From contig NIVC01000992.1 in the NCBI GenBank assembly GCA_002269645.1, forward strand, positions 310,001 to 374,000: 64,000 nt of DNA, written 5' to 3'. Every line of letters begins with the position of its first letter. Within the stretch, counting starts at the first letter, position 1. The position numbers and the translations under genes were made by a program. The notes beneath the pieces were generated by a model, which saw nothing but the letters and a program-made list of their open reading frames with translations, was not told where the DNA came from and did no database searches. This document shows positions 1 through 14,370 of this stretch, in pieces. The DNA comes from Macrostomum lignano (Eukaryota).

Positions 1-1344
1 ACATGGACTATTAATTGAGGTAGGGCCAGGTCACAGATGTCAAAATAAATATCGTCACGCTCTGATGATACGAAACAATTGAGGTTGAAATCTCATGAGA
101 TCGATTGCCCGTCAAAAAATGAAAAAAGCGCCAGTCACGTGATTCTCCCAGACCATCTGGTGCCATGGTTTTTTTACCACAGACCCACATTCCAGGTGGC
201 TGCCTAATAACTTGAAATCTATCAGATCTTCCAAGATTTTGTAAGTCATCGTCAGATTTTGTCAGACGATTCGTAAGATTGTCAACTAGGGTAGCTGGCC
301 GGCCATGGCGATTTACATCTACTTGTACCTGTACATAATTAATGACCCGAAAAAGTATGCTATGGAGTAGAATCACAATGGAAAAGAAGAAAAAAATCAT
401 GAGCGAAAGAGAAAAAGACTAAAGACAATTGTGTACAAAAGAGAGGATACATGTAGGAGAGGGAATAAAATCAAGAATGGGGAAGATAAATGTTTGGAGA
501 AAAGAGGAGGTAAGTATATCATTGCTACTAGGGACAGTAGTAAGTACAGTAACGGGAAAGGAGCCCCATGTGCCGTCGCATTACTGCTGAAAGTCTGGTT
601 CTTATCGTCAATATTATTTTTGTTGTTTTTCAATATAAAACTCAATGTAGCCGATCGTACATTCTAAATTCTAAACAATTCTCTACATGAATTATTCTAC
701 ATAAATTCTCTTAACTGTGGGAATGATGCAATTCGCGTCACTAATGCGAGGCTTAGGCTTAGCTTAGGCTGGTCAGGAGAAAGTGGAGGGTTGCGACTAG
801 AGTTGGATTAAAGCTGCCACTTGTTGATCACTGGTTTCGGGGTGAAAACAACATGTTTCTGAGTGTATGCATGCATCCTAAAATGCATTTGCAAAAGTAA
901 ATATCATGCATTCTCTTTAACGAATTCTAGCTTTTTGAACTATCACTACAGTTATAGCCACAGTTCTTATGAGACTAGAGGAATTAACGAGCGTATATCC
1001 CGTACAGCAATACGATGTCGGCCGATGTCCCCGAAATCTATATCGATGTCTATGACAAAAATGTACTTTTACATTACACCGACGTTGCACGTAGGACGTA
1101 AACATCGTAGGGACGTGTATGCAATGCAAAAGCACGTATTTGTCATTGACGCGTCGATAGACTTTGGGAACGTTGGCCAGGCCATGCTGTTTATGTACTC
1201 GTACTATAGGGAACTTTCATTCTCCTCATTTCGCTTCCTTATTTGACACCAGAATAGCTATTAGACTGGATCTGACTTTTTACAGGTTTTTTTCAGCTGA
1301 GAGTTGCACCTTTACAAGCTCATATTGTTTTCTCGTCGAGGACT

Positions 1345-1548
1345 TTAAGAGCCAACCCTAAATAATTGGCGCATATTTCGGCTTGAGAACCGAGGTGTCC
1401 TCGCCGAGGCGCAGACTTTCCTGAAAGAGAATTTCTTAAACTCGTAGAAGATGGCGATACTCGCTCCAGCACGGCCGTTAAACAGCAAGCAGCCGTCAGT
1501 GAAGCAGCGAATGCCCTGGCTGCGCCGGTTCACACAGAGTCTGGTCAA
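1345..1548 (-). mobile_element. Possible retroelement RNase H fragment
   Basis: Short ORF contains [19 protein letters not shown], resembling the YTDGS...GRAGAG N-terminal motif of retrotransposon RNase H; it abuts a minisatellite and no other domain is visible. Confidence 0.3.
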
Positions 1549-2540
1549 ATGTCACTGACAGTCAAATGTCACTGACAGTCAAATGTCATTGGCACTCAAA
1601 TGTCACTGCAGACAATCAAATGTCATTGGCAGTCAAATGTCACTGCAGACAATTAAATGTCATTGGCAGTCAAATGTCACTGCAGACAGTCAAATGTCAA
1701 TGGCAATCAAAATGTCACTGACAGTCAAATGTCACTGACAGTCAAATGTCAATGGCAGTCAAAATGTACTGACAGTCAAATGTCACTGACAGTCAAATGT
1801 CAATGGCAGTCAAAATGTACTGACAGTCAAATGTCATTGGCAGTCAAATGTCATTGGCAGTCAAATGTCATTGGCAGTCAAATGTCACTGACAGCCAAAT
1901 TTTATTGGCAGTCAAATGTCACTGACAGTCAAATGTCATTGGCAGTCAAATGTCACTGACAGTCAAATGTCATTGGCAGTCAAATGTCACTGACAGTCAA
2001 ATGTCATTGGCAGTCAAATGTCAATGGCAGTCAAAATGTACTGACAGTCAAATGTCATTTGCAGTCAAATGTCATTTGCAGTCAAATGTCATTTGCAGTC
2101 AAATGTCATTGGCAGTCAAATGTCACTGACAGCCAAATTTTATTGGCAGTCAAATGTCACTGACAGTCAAATGTCACTGACAGCCGAATGTCATTGACAG
2201 TCAAATGTCACTGGCAGTCAAATATCATTGGCAGTCAAATGTCACTGGCAGTCAAATGTCACTGACAATTCAAATGTCATTGGCAGTCAAATGTCACTGA
2301 CAGTCAAATTTCATTGGCAGTCAAATGTCAATGGCAGTCAAAATGTACTGACAGTCAAATGTCATTGGCAGTCAAATGTCACTGACAGTCAAATGTCATT
2401 GGCAGTCAAATGTCACTGGCAGTCAAATGTCACTGACAGTCAAATGTCACTGGCAGTCAAATATCACTGGCAGTCAAATGTCACTGACAGCCGAATTTCA
2501 TTGGCAGTCAAATGTCACTGACAGTCAAATGTCATTGATC
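1543..2540. repeat. 17-bp minisatellite (CAGTCAAATGTCACTGA / CAGTCAAATGTCATTGG variants)
   Basis: About 1 kb of tandem units read directly; explains the repetitive ORFs 1657-2573. Confidence 0.95.
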
Positions 2541-2712
2541 AACGAAGACGACACTGAAGTTAAATCTTTGTAAACTACATGTTGTGCTTTTTCCTGGTAC
2601 TAGAATGAGAAGATTGACTCACTTACAGACCCGTCGGTCGTTTTTGCAGTTTTGACCAACTTTTTTGTTTAAGATTCGCATCTTATGTTAATTATATTTT
2701 TTAAACAAACAG

Positions 2713-4240
2713 CACAGTCGACGTTCTGACGTTCGCCCCAAGGACTCCAGGCAGCAAAGCGCTGGGTCCGGACGAGGTGCCCATCGAGGCGCTGCGACTC
2801 CACTGTGTGGCCAGCCAGGTCGCCAGTGTGATGAAGCGCGTGCTTTTCGGTGAGGCAGCACACAACGAAAGATATACGGCGCACGTCGTCTCTATTCCGA
2901 AGAAGCCGGGAACCACGCGGCTTGAGGAGCACCGAGGTATCTGCCTGCAGTCCTGCGCTGCGAAGTTGTTCAACCGAGTGCTGCTATCGCGGTTGCAGCC
3001 CGTGCTGGATCCGTATTTGCGGCCTGAGCAGAACGGGTTCCGGCCCCACCGCGGCACCGTGGCGCAGATCCTGGCTCTTCGCCGAGTCATTGAGAAAGCG
3101 TGGACCCGCCAGTCGATTGCTCTGCAGGCTTTCGACTCGGTCTTGAGGGCCGTGCTCCCAATGATGCTTCGTGCGTACAACGTGCCAGGGCAGCTGATTT
3201 ACACCGTCATGGCGCTGTGTCATGGCACGAACGCTGCTGTGCTAACGCCGGACGGCCTGTCGGATTTCTTTGAAACATCCTCTGGGGTGCTTCAGGGAGA
3301 TACGCTTGCGCCGTTCCTGTTCGTTCTGGTGCTTGACTGGGTGCTGCGGACTGCTCTCCCTTCTAACAACGACGGGTTCCTGCTGCAGCGACAAGTGGGT
3401 CGACGCAAACCAGAGAAGCGGCTCAGCCTGCTTGGCTACGCCTACGATCTCGCCCTGCTGTCCTCGACCTTTCAGGGCGCCCAGCGCCAGCTGGACCGGC
3501 TGGTAAGCGTTGCGGCGAGTGTCGGTCTGGTGGTCAACACGCAGAAGATCGTCGTGCTCTGCGTGCCGGATGACATTGAGGCTAAAATTTTCTGCCGAGG
3601 CGCTGACGGGCAGTTGAAGAGGCTTCCGTGCTGTCAGCAGTTCGTCTACCTCTGCGGTCTGGTGCCAGATGCTTGCGAGGATCTGCGACGTCGCCGTGAA
3701 CTTGCCTGGGCTGCCTTCCGTTCCATGAGGATTGTCCTGCAGTCCGAGGCCCCGCCTGACCACCAGATGGCGGAGTTGTTCCAGGTGGTGATCGAGAACG
3801 TCTGGTTTTACAACGCCGAGGGACCTGGAAGTTGACGAATCGCAGGTCGATGTGGCGCACGCTGGCCTACTGCGCGCCGCTTTCAAGATCGGCTACGAGC
3901 GAGTCACCAATGCGGCACTCTATCGCCGCACCAGCCTTTTCCGCCCCAGCGAACTGTTGTGCCGTCGGCGACTCCAGCTAGCAGGCCATTTCATCCGGGT
4001 CGAGTTCTACTGCCCACAGCCGGTGACAGGAGGTGCTGCTGCTGACGCTGCAGGCACCCTACCGGCGGGGACAGGCGCGCACTCGGCGTTTCGTCGACTG
4101 CCTGCTGGCTGATGCCGACGCCCCGGACACTGCCGGCGGCGTGGCCTACGTTCTCACCCAGGCTCTGAAACGCGCCCTGTGACACATTGTCCCACGCTTG
4201 ACTGGCTGACAATGTACTTTTGTTGTTGCTGTTGTTGTTG
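2713..4240 (+). mobile_element. 5'-truncated, decayed non-LTR retrotransposon (LINE, RTE-like) reverse transcriptase
   Basis: KALGPDEVP just upstream of ORF 2777-3835, which has PKK...RGICL, EQNGFRPHR, QAFDSV, GVLQGDTLAPFLF and YAYD (YADD mutated). Frame breaks after 3835; (GTT)n-like tail at about 4220-4240. Confidence 0.9.
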
Positions 4241-4719
4241 AACTAGCCAATTATGTTAGAATATTACGTGTTCTATTTATATTTTTTGGAGAGACAAAAA
4301 CTCGTCGGATTAATTTCCATCTGGCTGATTATTTTTCAATGATTGTAATACTCGTAAATGCTTAAAATCATGCTTTTAATATCCGATGCTTTCTGTGGGA
4401 TTAACCAACAGGTCTCGGTTCTCACTTCCGCCGAGGCTGAGTCCTATATTTATCCTCCCCGAAAAAGCAATACCCAACTGCATGCAGTTCACAGTGGACG
4501 CTAGAAATGCTTTGCATTTTTTCACAATCCAAAAATTGCGTCCGAGAGAAAATATTCTCGAATAAAATCAAGACCTTTTTTAAAAGAATTTTGGTGAAGT
4601 CATTCTATGAGTTTTTCTCGCATTGAACTCAACTTGCTATATAGTGACTCTGTATTTCCAAGAACTTAAAAGTGTGGCCTTCTATATTTCAGTGGAGTAA
4701 GTGACTGTGTGAGTGAGTG

Positions 4720-4964
4720 AGTCAGTCAGTCAGTCAGTCAGTCAGTCAGTCAGTCAGTCAGTCAGTCAGTCAGTCAGTCAGTCAGTCAGTCAGTCAGTCA
4801 GTCAGTCAGTCAGTCAGTCAGTCAGTCAGTCAGTCAGTCAGTCAGTCAGTCAGTCAGTCAGTCAGTCAGTCAGTCAGTCAGTCAGTCAGTCAGTCAGTCA
4901 GTCAGTCAGTCAGTCAGTCAGTCAGTCAGTCAGTCAGTCAGTCAGTCAGTCAGTCAGTCAGTCA
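4720..4964. repeat. (GTCA)n microsatellite
   Basis: Perfect tetranucleotide run. Confidence 0.98.
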
Positions 4965-5367
4965 TGTACCAATAACGGATTAAAGAAAGTCGAATACTGC
5001 ATGTATTGCACAACCTAATAAATTGCTATACTTCAGCATCTACGAGCTCGTAGTAGCACTAGCAAATGATCCACAGAAGACGAGCGATCCCACTAATTAA
5101 CTGCCGTTCGTCCAATGCTGTTTTTACGTTCGTAGCAAGCAGATAATTTTAGAGTTGCCATGCAGTTCGTTTTATGGACAAGTCGCTGCCTAGGCGCCGG
5201 CAATGTAAATAATTATAGCTTTCTGTGTGCCGACTGCCGCTCGCACTGCAGGTCCGGAGTTAGAAGGGAAACATGATAGCATACATGTACATGTACACGG
5301 CTGTTGCTGTGGAGTACTGTGGCTGCTGTTCGTGAGGTTCAGCTGGAAACAAGTACTCATAAATCAT

Positions 5368-5917
<550 letters not shown>

Positions 5918-6636
5918 GTGTCTGTCTAACTAACTGTCTTTTCAGTCGCTTTCAGTGCGCTTCTGTTTCATATATATTGCTCTGATGAGTCCCTGTTTTC
6001 ATTCAGCGAGCTCCGAGTCAACTGAGCAGCAGCAGGTCAGTTTTCATCAGGAAAACATGAGAATGATTATCAATATGTAATCTATATATAGCTGCATGAT
6101 AATATTTGATATGTTTGCAGTCTATAAAAATAGATTGGAAACACATGATGAATAGAAGCTAGTTAATAATTTTTCTGGCAAAACTATACCATAGCTATAG
6201 CTAGTAACCTGGCTATCCCGCACCATTCCAGCTTTAAGAGTGCCGCTTGCACTTCAGTAGTCATGGAAGTCTTTCTTGGTCAGGTGTAGCGGGTGTAGTG
6301 GGGTGTTTACTTGGACTTGTCAGGGCTAGCCGTCTTCTGCCGTGCTCGCGTGCCCTCCCAAGGGTCCCAACTGTAATTTCGAGATGCTGCATCGCGTGCG
6401 TCAGAGACACAGAGTCCTCTTAGTTTTTCGATAATGCCAAAGGACAAAGAGCTTTGTAGCCGCTCCTTTGTTTCTCACCTTTCGAAGCAATTATTTGAGC
6501 AAAGTAATTAAAAGAAGAGAATTATTTTTGATTAATTTGATTAAAATTCGATGCCATGGACTACTTTCATCTGACGAGAGCAAATCGCCTTCAATTATTT
6601 TTGTGACAACAACTAACGGGCAGAGTTATTGTCTCC

Positions 6637-6850
6637 ACTCACTGCATTTGGTGCAGCTCCAAGGACTGCTAAATAACCACTGGGAAGCATGATTATCTCC
6701 ATTGCATTGGGTGCAGCTCCAAGGACTGCTAAATAACCACTGGGAAGCATGATTATCTCCACTGCATTGGGTGCAGCTCCAAGGACTGCTAAATAACCAC
6801 TGGGAAGCATGATTATCTCCACTGCATCTGGTGCAGCTCCAAGGACTGGT
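6637..6850. repeat. 60-bp tandem repeat, about 3.5 copies
   Basis: Consecutive 60-nt lines 6661, 6721 and 6781 are nearly identical. Confidence 0.95.
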
Positions 6851-7206
6851 AAAATACTCGTAACTAAGGGGGGAAGCAGTCCACATGTTCACTTTTAGTA
6901 ATCCACAAAATGCTGCAAAATGGCTCTAACTTGAATATCTGTGCGAACTGAGACATAAGGACCGTATTATAGACAGGCCCATTATAAAGCATAAACACGA
7001 GCCACATGCATAAATCGATATTACTCCCGCTAAACAGCTACAGCAGCGGGTTTAATGGCAGGTAATGAGAATGGATTAGAAGCGATCTCAGCCAATGGCG
7101 ATAGAGAGATAGAGGTCCTTGTCTAGGCTGCACGCACACCCCATGCACAACCAACAAGCCGCCTCCGCCCTTACATAAGAAGTCGCTAGGGCAGCAATCT
7201 GGCGCA

Positions 7207-7299
7207 TATAAAACGCCTGTCGAATTTATCCAACTGCTATAAGCCCGGTTCGCGGTTTAAGGTAAGCAAATTTTTCATCTGCGCTTTTTTGATTGACAG
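7207..7299 (+). promoter_or_regulatory. Candidate TATA box, short 5'-UTR exon and 38-nt intron upstream of the GPCR
   Basis: TATAAAA at 7207-7213; AG|GTAAGC donor at 7262; pyrimidine tract then TTGACAG acceptor ending at 7299. Confidence 0.35.
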
Positions 7300-7544
7300 G
7301 TGAAAGGTTGCTAAAAAATCGCTTATCCAGAAGGAAGGAAGCTGGAGAGAGAGTAAGAAAAGGTGAAGATGATTGCTTCGCTGCATAGTAAAGTAGAGGC
7401 TGTCCAAGTGTGCGGGATTCTATTTTTTTAAAGAATTTTAGTCTCTCGTTTTCTTATCACGTTCAACTTGAGATGTACAATGCATTTGGCTGCTTGTAGC
7501 TGGTGTTCTTTTAGACTCAGGCTTCTAATAGCGCTCAATTCAGG

Positions 7545-8240
7545 ACAGTGGCGCGGAATTCAAGACAGAGGCACCCTATATTTGAGAAAGTTTTGTCCAA
7601 TTTCATACAATGGCGCTTAATTTAATACGATGGCGCCCAATTTATTACAATGGCGCTTAATTTAATACAATGGCGTCCAATTTAGGAGAATTTAAGACAA
7701 TGGCGCCCAATTTGAGACAATGGCTCTCAATTTCAATTTAAGACAATGGCGCCTAAGTTAAGATAATGGCGCCCAATTTAAGACAATGGCGCCCAATTTA
7801 AGACAATTTAAGACAGTGGCGCCAAATTTTAGACAGTGGCGCCAAATTTTAGACAGTGGCGCCAAATTTAAGACAGTGGCGCCCAATTTAAGACTATCTA
7901 TCTATCATCTATCAGGGGCACCCAATTTAAGACAGTGGCGCCCAATTTAAGACAATGGCGCCCAATTTAAGACAATTAAAAACAGTGGTGCCAAATTTAA
8001 GACAGTGGCGCCCAATTTAAGACAGTGGCGCCCAATTTTAGACAGTGGCGCCAAATTTAAGACAGTGGCGCCCAATTTTAGACAGTGGCGCCGAACTTTA
8101 GACAGTGGCGCCAAATTTAAGACAGTGGCGCCTAATTTAAGACTTGGCGCCCAAGTTAAGACAATGGCGCCCAATTTAAAACAGAGGCGCCCTATATTTG
8201 AGAAAATTTCGCCTAATTTAAGACAGTAGGTGGCACCCAA
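7545..8240. repeat. 20-bp minisatellite (AATTTAAGACAGTGGCGCCC)
   Basis: Tandem units seen directly, increasingly degenerate toward the left. Confidence 0.92.
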
Positions 8241-8313
8241 TTTCGGACATTTTTACATGAACTCCAACTCCAATTTTCAGTTGTTAACACAATCAAACTG
8301 CAATTCAGAGAGC

Positions 8314-11300
8314 ATGGAGCCCGATCAGAACTTCACCCAGCAACTGCTCATGGACATGCTGCACGACCAAATCTACGGGCGCAGAGTGTTGAATGGATCC
8401 GATGTCGCACTGGTGTCCATCTACTCTGTCATTGCCCTGCTGTCTCTATGCGGAAACGGCTTCTTCTTGTTTCTGAGCTTCCGCTATCGAGGACTACGAC
8501 GGCACATATCGTACATCATGATGAGCTTGGCGGGCTCCAACCTGCTGGTCACGTGTACCTGCCTGCCAGTGTCTACGGTGAAAGTGTTCTACACGACTTG
8601 GCGCTTCGGTCTGGCAGGGTGCCGGCTGGTCAGCTTCATTGAAGGTAGACTGGGAGGCTTGAATTAGAAATTCAAAAAAGGACCTCTGTACACCCTGCGT
8701 GAGCGTGTTGTGTGAGTGCGTGACTGCGTACAGTATTGGCGGAGCGTGTTGTGTGAGTGCGTGACTGCGTACAGTATTGGCGGGCTTGCATGTGCTCAGG
8801 ACTCAGCAGTCTGGGCAGAATTGCCGTCAGGCCTGATTGTGGGACGATGTCTTCGAAGGTGTTATGTCCTGCGAATGTTTATTTTTAATTAATAATGTTT
8901 TTGTACGATATGCATTGTTTCACTGCACTGGAATGTACTGTAAAGGCCAAAAAGTGAAACATAAAAAGAAGCATTATTTCCAAAACAAAAGAACATGAAC
9001 GAGCCGTAGAACATGAAAAAATTCATTGGGGGAATTGCTAAGATGTCAAGGCTTACAAGGCTTAGAATTACAAGGATTACAAGAATTACAAGGCTTAGAT
9101 GTCAAGGCTTAGAATTGGTGAGATTTAAAGGCTTACTGGGGGCATTGGTGAGATTTAAAGGCTTACTGGGGGCATTGGTGAAATTTAAAGGCTTACTGGG
9201 GGCATTGGTGAGATTTAAAGGCTTACTGGGGGCATTGGTGAGATTTAAAGGCTTACTGGGGGCATTGGTGAGATTTAAAGGCTTACTGGGGGCATTGGTG
9301 AGATTTAAAGGCTTACTGGGGGCATTGGTGAGATTTAAAGGCTTACTGGGGGAATTGCTGACATTTCAATGCTTACTGGGGGAATTGCTGACATTTCAAG
9401 GCTTACTGGGGGAATTGCTGACATTTCAAGGCTTACTGGGGGAATTGCTGACATTTCAAGGCTTACTGGGGGAATTGGTGACATTTCAAGGCTTACTGGG
9501 GGAATTGGTGAGATGTCAAGGCTTACTGGGGGGGGGGGAATTGCTGAGATGTCAAGGCTTACTGGGGGAATTGGTGAGATGTCAAGGCTTACTGGGGGAA
9601 TTGCTGAGATGTCAAGGCTTACTGGGGGAATTGCTGAGATGTCAAGGCTTACTGGGGGCATTGGTGAGATTTCAAGGCTTACTGGGGGAATTGCTGAGAT
9701 GTCAAGGCTTACTGGGGGAATTGGTGAGATTTAAAGGCTTACTGGGGGAATTGCTGAGATGTCAAGGCTTACTGGGGGGGGAATTGCTGAGATGTCAAGG
9801 CTTACTGGGGGAATTGCTGAGATGTCAAGGCTTACTGGGGGGGGAATTGCTGAGATGTCAAGGCTTACTGGGGGAATTGGTGAGATTTAAAGGCTTACTG
9901 GGAGAATTGCTGAGAGTTCAGGGCTTACAGGGGGAATTGCTGACATTTCAAGGCTTACTGGGGGAATTGGTGAGATTTCAAGGCTTACTGGGGGAATTGC
10001 TGACATTTCAAGGCTTACTGGGGGAATTGCTGAGAGTTCAGGGCTTACAGGGGGAATTGCTGAGAGTTCAAGGCTGAGAAGTCAAAACCCATATTTTTTA
10101 AACCCACGAGTATATAGTCCAATTTTCTGAATATTCAGTGCAAAGCACAAATCTTCGCTTTGCATTATAGATTTTAGCTAACTAATTTTCACGTTGAGTC
10201 TAAGATGCTAAAAGATTTAAGTGAGATGGGATCTGGCTAAAAGTATCTACCGGGCGACAACAGATGATTAATTGCAGAGCCATTAGTCAGACACTGTCTA
10301 GAAAAAAAACTTTCACACCTGTCTTCATCATGACAAATAAAGCAGCCTCCTAAGGTAATTAGTTTTCATTTTACCCTGACTGCTACTGAACCATCTGGAA
10401 CTGGAGAAGTCAGCTAAATATTTAACAACGTCGGTTTCTTGGTCCTTCGCGCGTTAATCTTGCTTGAATTGTTTTTGCAGGTTGAGCCAGGCTCGGTAAG
10501 GGAGGGACCACTTATTAGATTTAGACCCGATGATGTGCCACTTCTATTAGATCTAGACCCGATGATGTGCCATTCATATTAGATCTAGACCCGATGATGT
10601 GTCATTCATATTAGATCTAGACCCGATGATGTGCCATTCATATTAGATCTAGACCCGATGATGTGCCATTCATATTAGATCTAGACCCGATGATGTGCCA
10701 CTTCTATTAGATCTAGACCCGATGATGTGCCATTCATATTAGATCTAGACCCGATGATGTGCCACTTCTATTAGATCTAGACCCGATGATGTGCCATTCA
10801 TATTAGATCTAGACCCGATGATGTGCCACTTCTATTAGATCTAGACCCGATGATGTGCCATTCATATTAGATCTAGACCCGATGATGTGCCACTTCTATT
10901 AGATCTAGACCCGATGATGTGCCACTTCTATTAGATCTAGACCCGATGATGTGCCACTTCTATTAGATCTAGACCCGATGATGTGCCACTTCTATTAGAT
11001 CTAGACCCGATGATGTGCCACTTCTATTAGATCTAGACCCGATGATGTGCCATTCATATTAGATCTAGACCCGATGATGTGCCATTCATATTAGATCTAG
11101 ACCCGATGAGGCCACTAGACCACTTCAGAAGCCAATCCTCACCCCCACCCCCCTCAGGCCTGGCTCTCAGCGTCAACAGTTTCTCTCTGGCCTCCATCGC
11201 CATCCTTCGCGCTCGCCAAAGCGCCCTAATGATTCCGCCAACTCAGACTTCGACTCGAGGACTTCGCATCCTGGTAGCCGGCACCTGGCTAAGCGCTCTC

Positions 11301-12059
11301 GTAGTCTCACTTCCGGCTCTGTTTGCTTTCAAATTGGCGGAAGTGCCGATTCCTGGAGTAGGCAAGAATGCCACAGATCGAGTCTACTTCGTGTGCTCGG
11401 AAGACCGCAGCAACTCGGCCGGACAGAAGGCCTACTCAGCCTACTTGCTGCTCATTCTGTTCCTGTCTCCCTGCATCGTGCTGACTTTCTCCTACGGCTT
11501 CACTGCCCGCTTCATCTCCCGGCAGTTCACCAGGCTGACTAAGAATCCCACAACTAGAAGCCAACAACGGGAAGCGGCCGTGGCGGAGGAGGAGGGAGCT
11601 GAAGCCGTCGAACTGCCGGGAGTCGAGCCGCCGCTGACCACCAATCAGACGTCCGTGATGGCCACGGCTCGCCTGATGGCCGGTGGCAGCCGTCTGAGTG
11701 GCAGCCGACAGCTCAACACTCTGGCATCGTCCAGGTCGCCGGCCTATCAAACTAGGAAGCTGCAGAAACGCACAGTTAAAACGGTTGTCGTACTCGTCAC
11801 GCTGTTCTTCTGCTGCTGGTTTCCGAAAGATCTGATCATCCTGCTGCAGGACTTCATACTGAAGAGTCCGTCGGACTTGAGCAGCCCCCTGCTAGCTGTT
11901 TATCCATACAGCCAGGCGCTCATCTATCTGCACAGCGCCCTCTGCCCCTTTCTATACTGGAGCCTCAGCAGGGTGTTTCAGCACTACGTCCGTAAGGCGT
12001 TCGCTAACAGGGCCGCAGGCGGCGGCCGCGGCGAGGGTCCTGGTGGAGGGAGGGCTTGA
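8314..12059 (+). CDS. Rhodopsin-like (class A) peptide-type GPCR, 2 coding exons, about 410 aa
   Basis: Exon 8314-8644 (MEPDQNFT, TM1 GN, TM2 LAGSNLL, ECL1 W, C3.25) joins by a phase-1 GT-AG intron to exon 11158-12059, giving CRLVSFIEGLALSVNSFSLASIAILRA. ECL2 Cys, TM5, TM6 FFCCWFP and TM7 SALCPFLY follow. 1233 nt in frame. Confidence 0.88.
9110..10075. repeat. 30-bp minisatellite in GPCR intron (GCTTACTGGGGGCATTGGTGAGATTTAAAG)
   Basis: Tandem units; generates the spurious 10-aa-repeat ORF 9013-10077. Confidence 0.95.
10513..11108. repeat. 32-bp minisatellite in GPCR intron (TATTAGATCTAGACCCGATGATGTGCCATTCA, two variants)
   Basis: Period 32 read directly; ends about 50 nt before the exon 2 acceptor. 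Confidence 0.95.
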
Positions 12060-12389
12060 GTATCGACTTTTCAGATGCCCGAATACCAGCTTATATAGGA
12101 GAATCAATATCTATCTCTAGGTGGAAACATTACTATTGATTTTGTCTGCATTGTCGCAGTAAAATGCATGCTGTGTAGTGTTCGCTCGTTCCTTTTGTCT
12201 TATTGTTCTTACAATATAAATCCAATATACTCGTAGCTGCTACAAATGCACACGCGATTAAACAAAATGACCACAAAGAGAATTTTATATGGTATTTTAT
12301 AGAGTGTATTTATTCGATGCGAATTAGTTATTTTTTTGTTTGTTTAGTCTTTTAAGTGTATACTTTAGAAACTGAAGACTCTGTAAGCT

Positions 12390-12816
<427 letters not shown>

Positions 12817-13550
12817 AGCGGTAACTCAGTTTATTGGTCTCAAAAAAATTTCTCCCTGGTCAAAATGTCAAATGCTTTCCCTTCTACCTGCCAGGTTGTA
12901 TTGTCAGTTGTCAGAAAGGGGAAGTGAGGATTTTCCATGCAATGCTGCCGTATCCCAGTCATGACATTTTTGTCTCTTAAGTAGGCCCAACTGCCTGGCA
13001 ACATTCGCATGACTATTCTCATGAGTTTTATTTCCGCAACAAAAATCTATTTTTGTCAATCTGAAAAATGATTTAACTATTTGTTAAAGTACAAGTGTGC
13101 GCAGAATTTGTTATTCATCTAAACTGTTCGAGTTGGTCTTGCCCTTCCTTATTTTTTCATTTCATCTGAGGCTTTCTTTCAGTACACACGGTTGTTGTTG
13201 TTCTATCATTTGCAGATAATAATTATTCTCTAGAATCACCGCTACCTCTTTTATCCCGTATTCAGGTCATTCGTCTGAGCCTCAAGGCTTCAATTTCCTG
13301 TTTGCTTTAATCGCGTTTTATCTTTTGACTGCCTGTCAGATAGAAACAAGGCATTGGTCGGTGTTTTCCAGGTTTTGCCTGAGGGTCTGCTTTGATTGCG
13401 CGTCCACAATATGTGGGCAGGGCAATTATAGATATTCACAATAAACAACTTAGAAACAAAGTATTTTGTCTCCCACCTGAACTGAGGCCATCATTCTATT
13501 TTGAGTTAGTCATTAAATAAATGAGACACCCATGAGTTGTCAGTGAAACA

Positions 13551-14370
13551 CCAATGAGATATCAATGAGATACTAATGAGATATCAATGAGATATCAATG
13601 AAATACCAATGATATACTGTATGAATGAGATACCAATGAGATACCAATGATATATCAATGAGATATCAATGAGATATCAATGAGATACCAAGTGATACTA
13701 ATGAGATACTAATGAGATATCAATGAGATACCAATGAGAAATGAATGAGATACCAATGATATATGAATGAGATATCAATGAGATATCAATGAGATACCAA
13801 TGAGATATGAATGAGATACCAATGAGATATCAATGAGATACCAATGAGATACTAATGAGATATCAATGAGATATCAATGAAATACCAATGATATACTGTA
13901 TGAATGAGATACCAATGAGATATTAATGAGATACCAATGGTATATCAATGAGATACCAATGAGATACCAATGAGATACCAATGATATATCAATGAGATAC
14001 CAATGAGATACCAATGATATATCAATGAGATACCAATGAGATACCAATGAGATATCAATGAGATACCAATGAGATACCAATGAGATACCAATGAGATACC
14101 AATGAGATACCAATGATATATCAATGAGATACCAATGAGATACTAAGTGATACCAATGATATATGAATGAGATACCAATGAGATACCAATGAGATACCAA
14201 TGAGATACCAATGAGATACCAATGAGATACTAATGGAATACCAAAGATATATCAATGAGATATCAATGAGATATTAATGAGATATTAATAAGATATTAAT
14301 AAGATATTAATGAGATACCAATGTGATACCAATGAGATACTAATGATATATGAATGAGATACCAATGAGA
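13551..14370. repeat. 11-bp minisatellite (AATGAGATACC / AATGAGATATC)
   Basis: Tandem units. Confidence 0.93.

Noticed and set aside
11-1361. ORFs of 65-129 aa at the window start
   Set aside because: No recognisable motifs, overlapping frames and no convincing splice structure; treated as chance ORFs.
10513-11108. Regular repeat arrays of about 30 bp resembling CRISPR
   Set aside because: Units are head-to-tail with no unique spacers, no cas genes are present, and the context is a eukaryotic intron.
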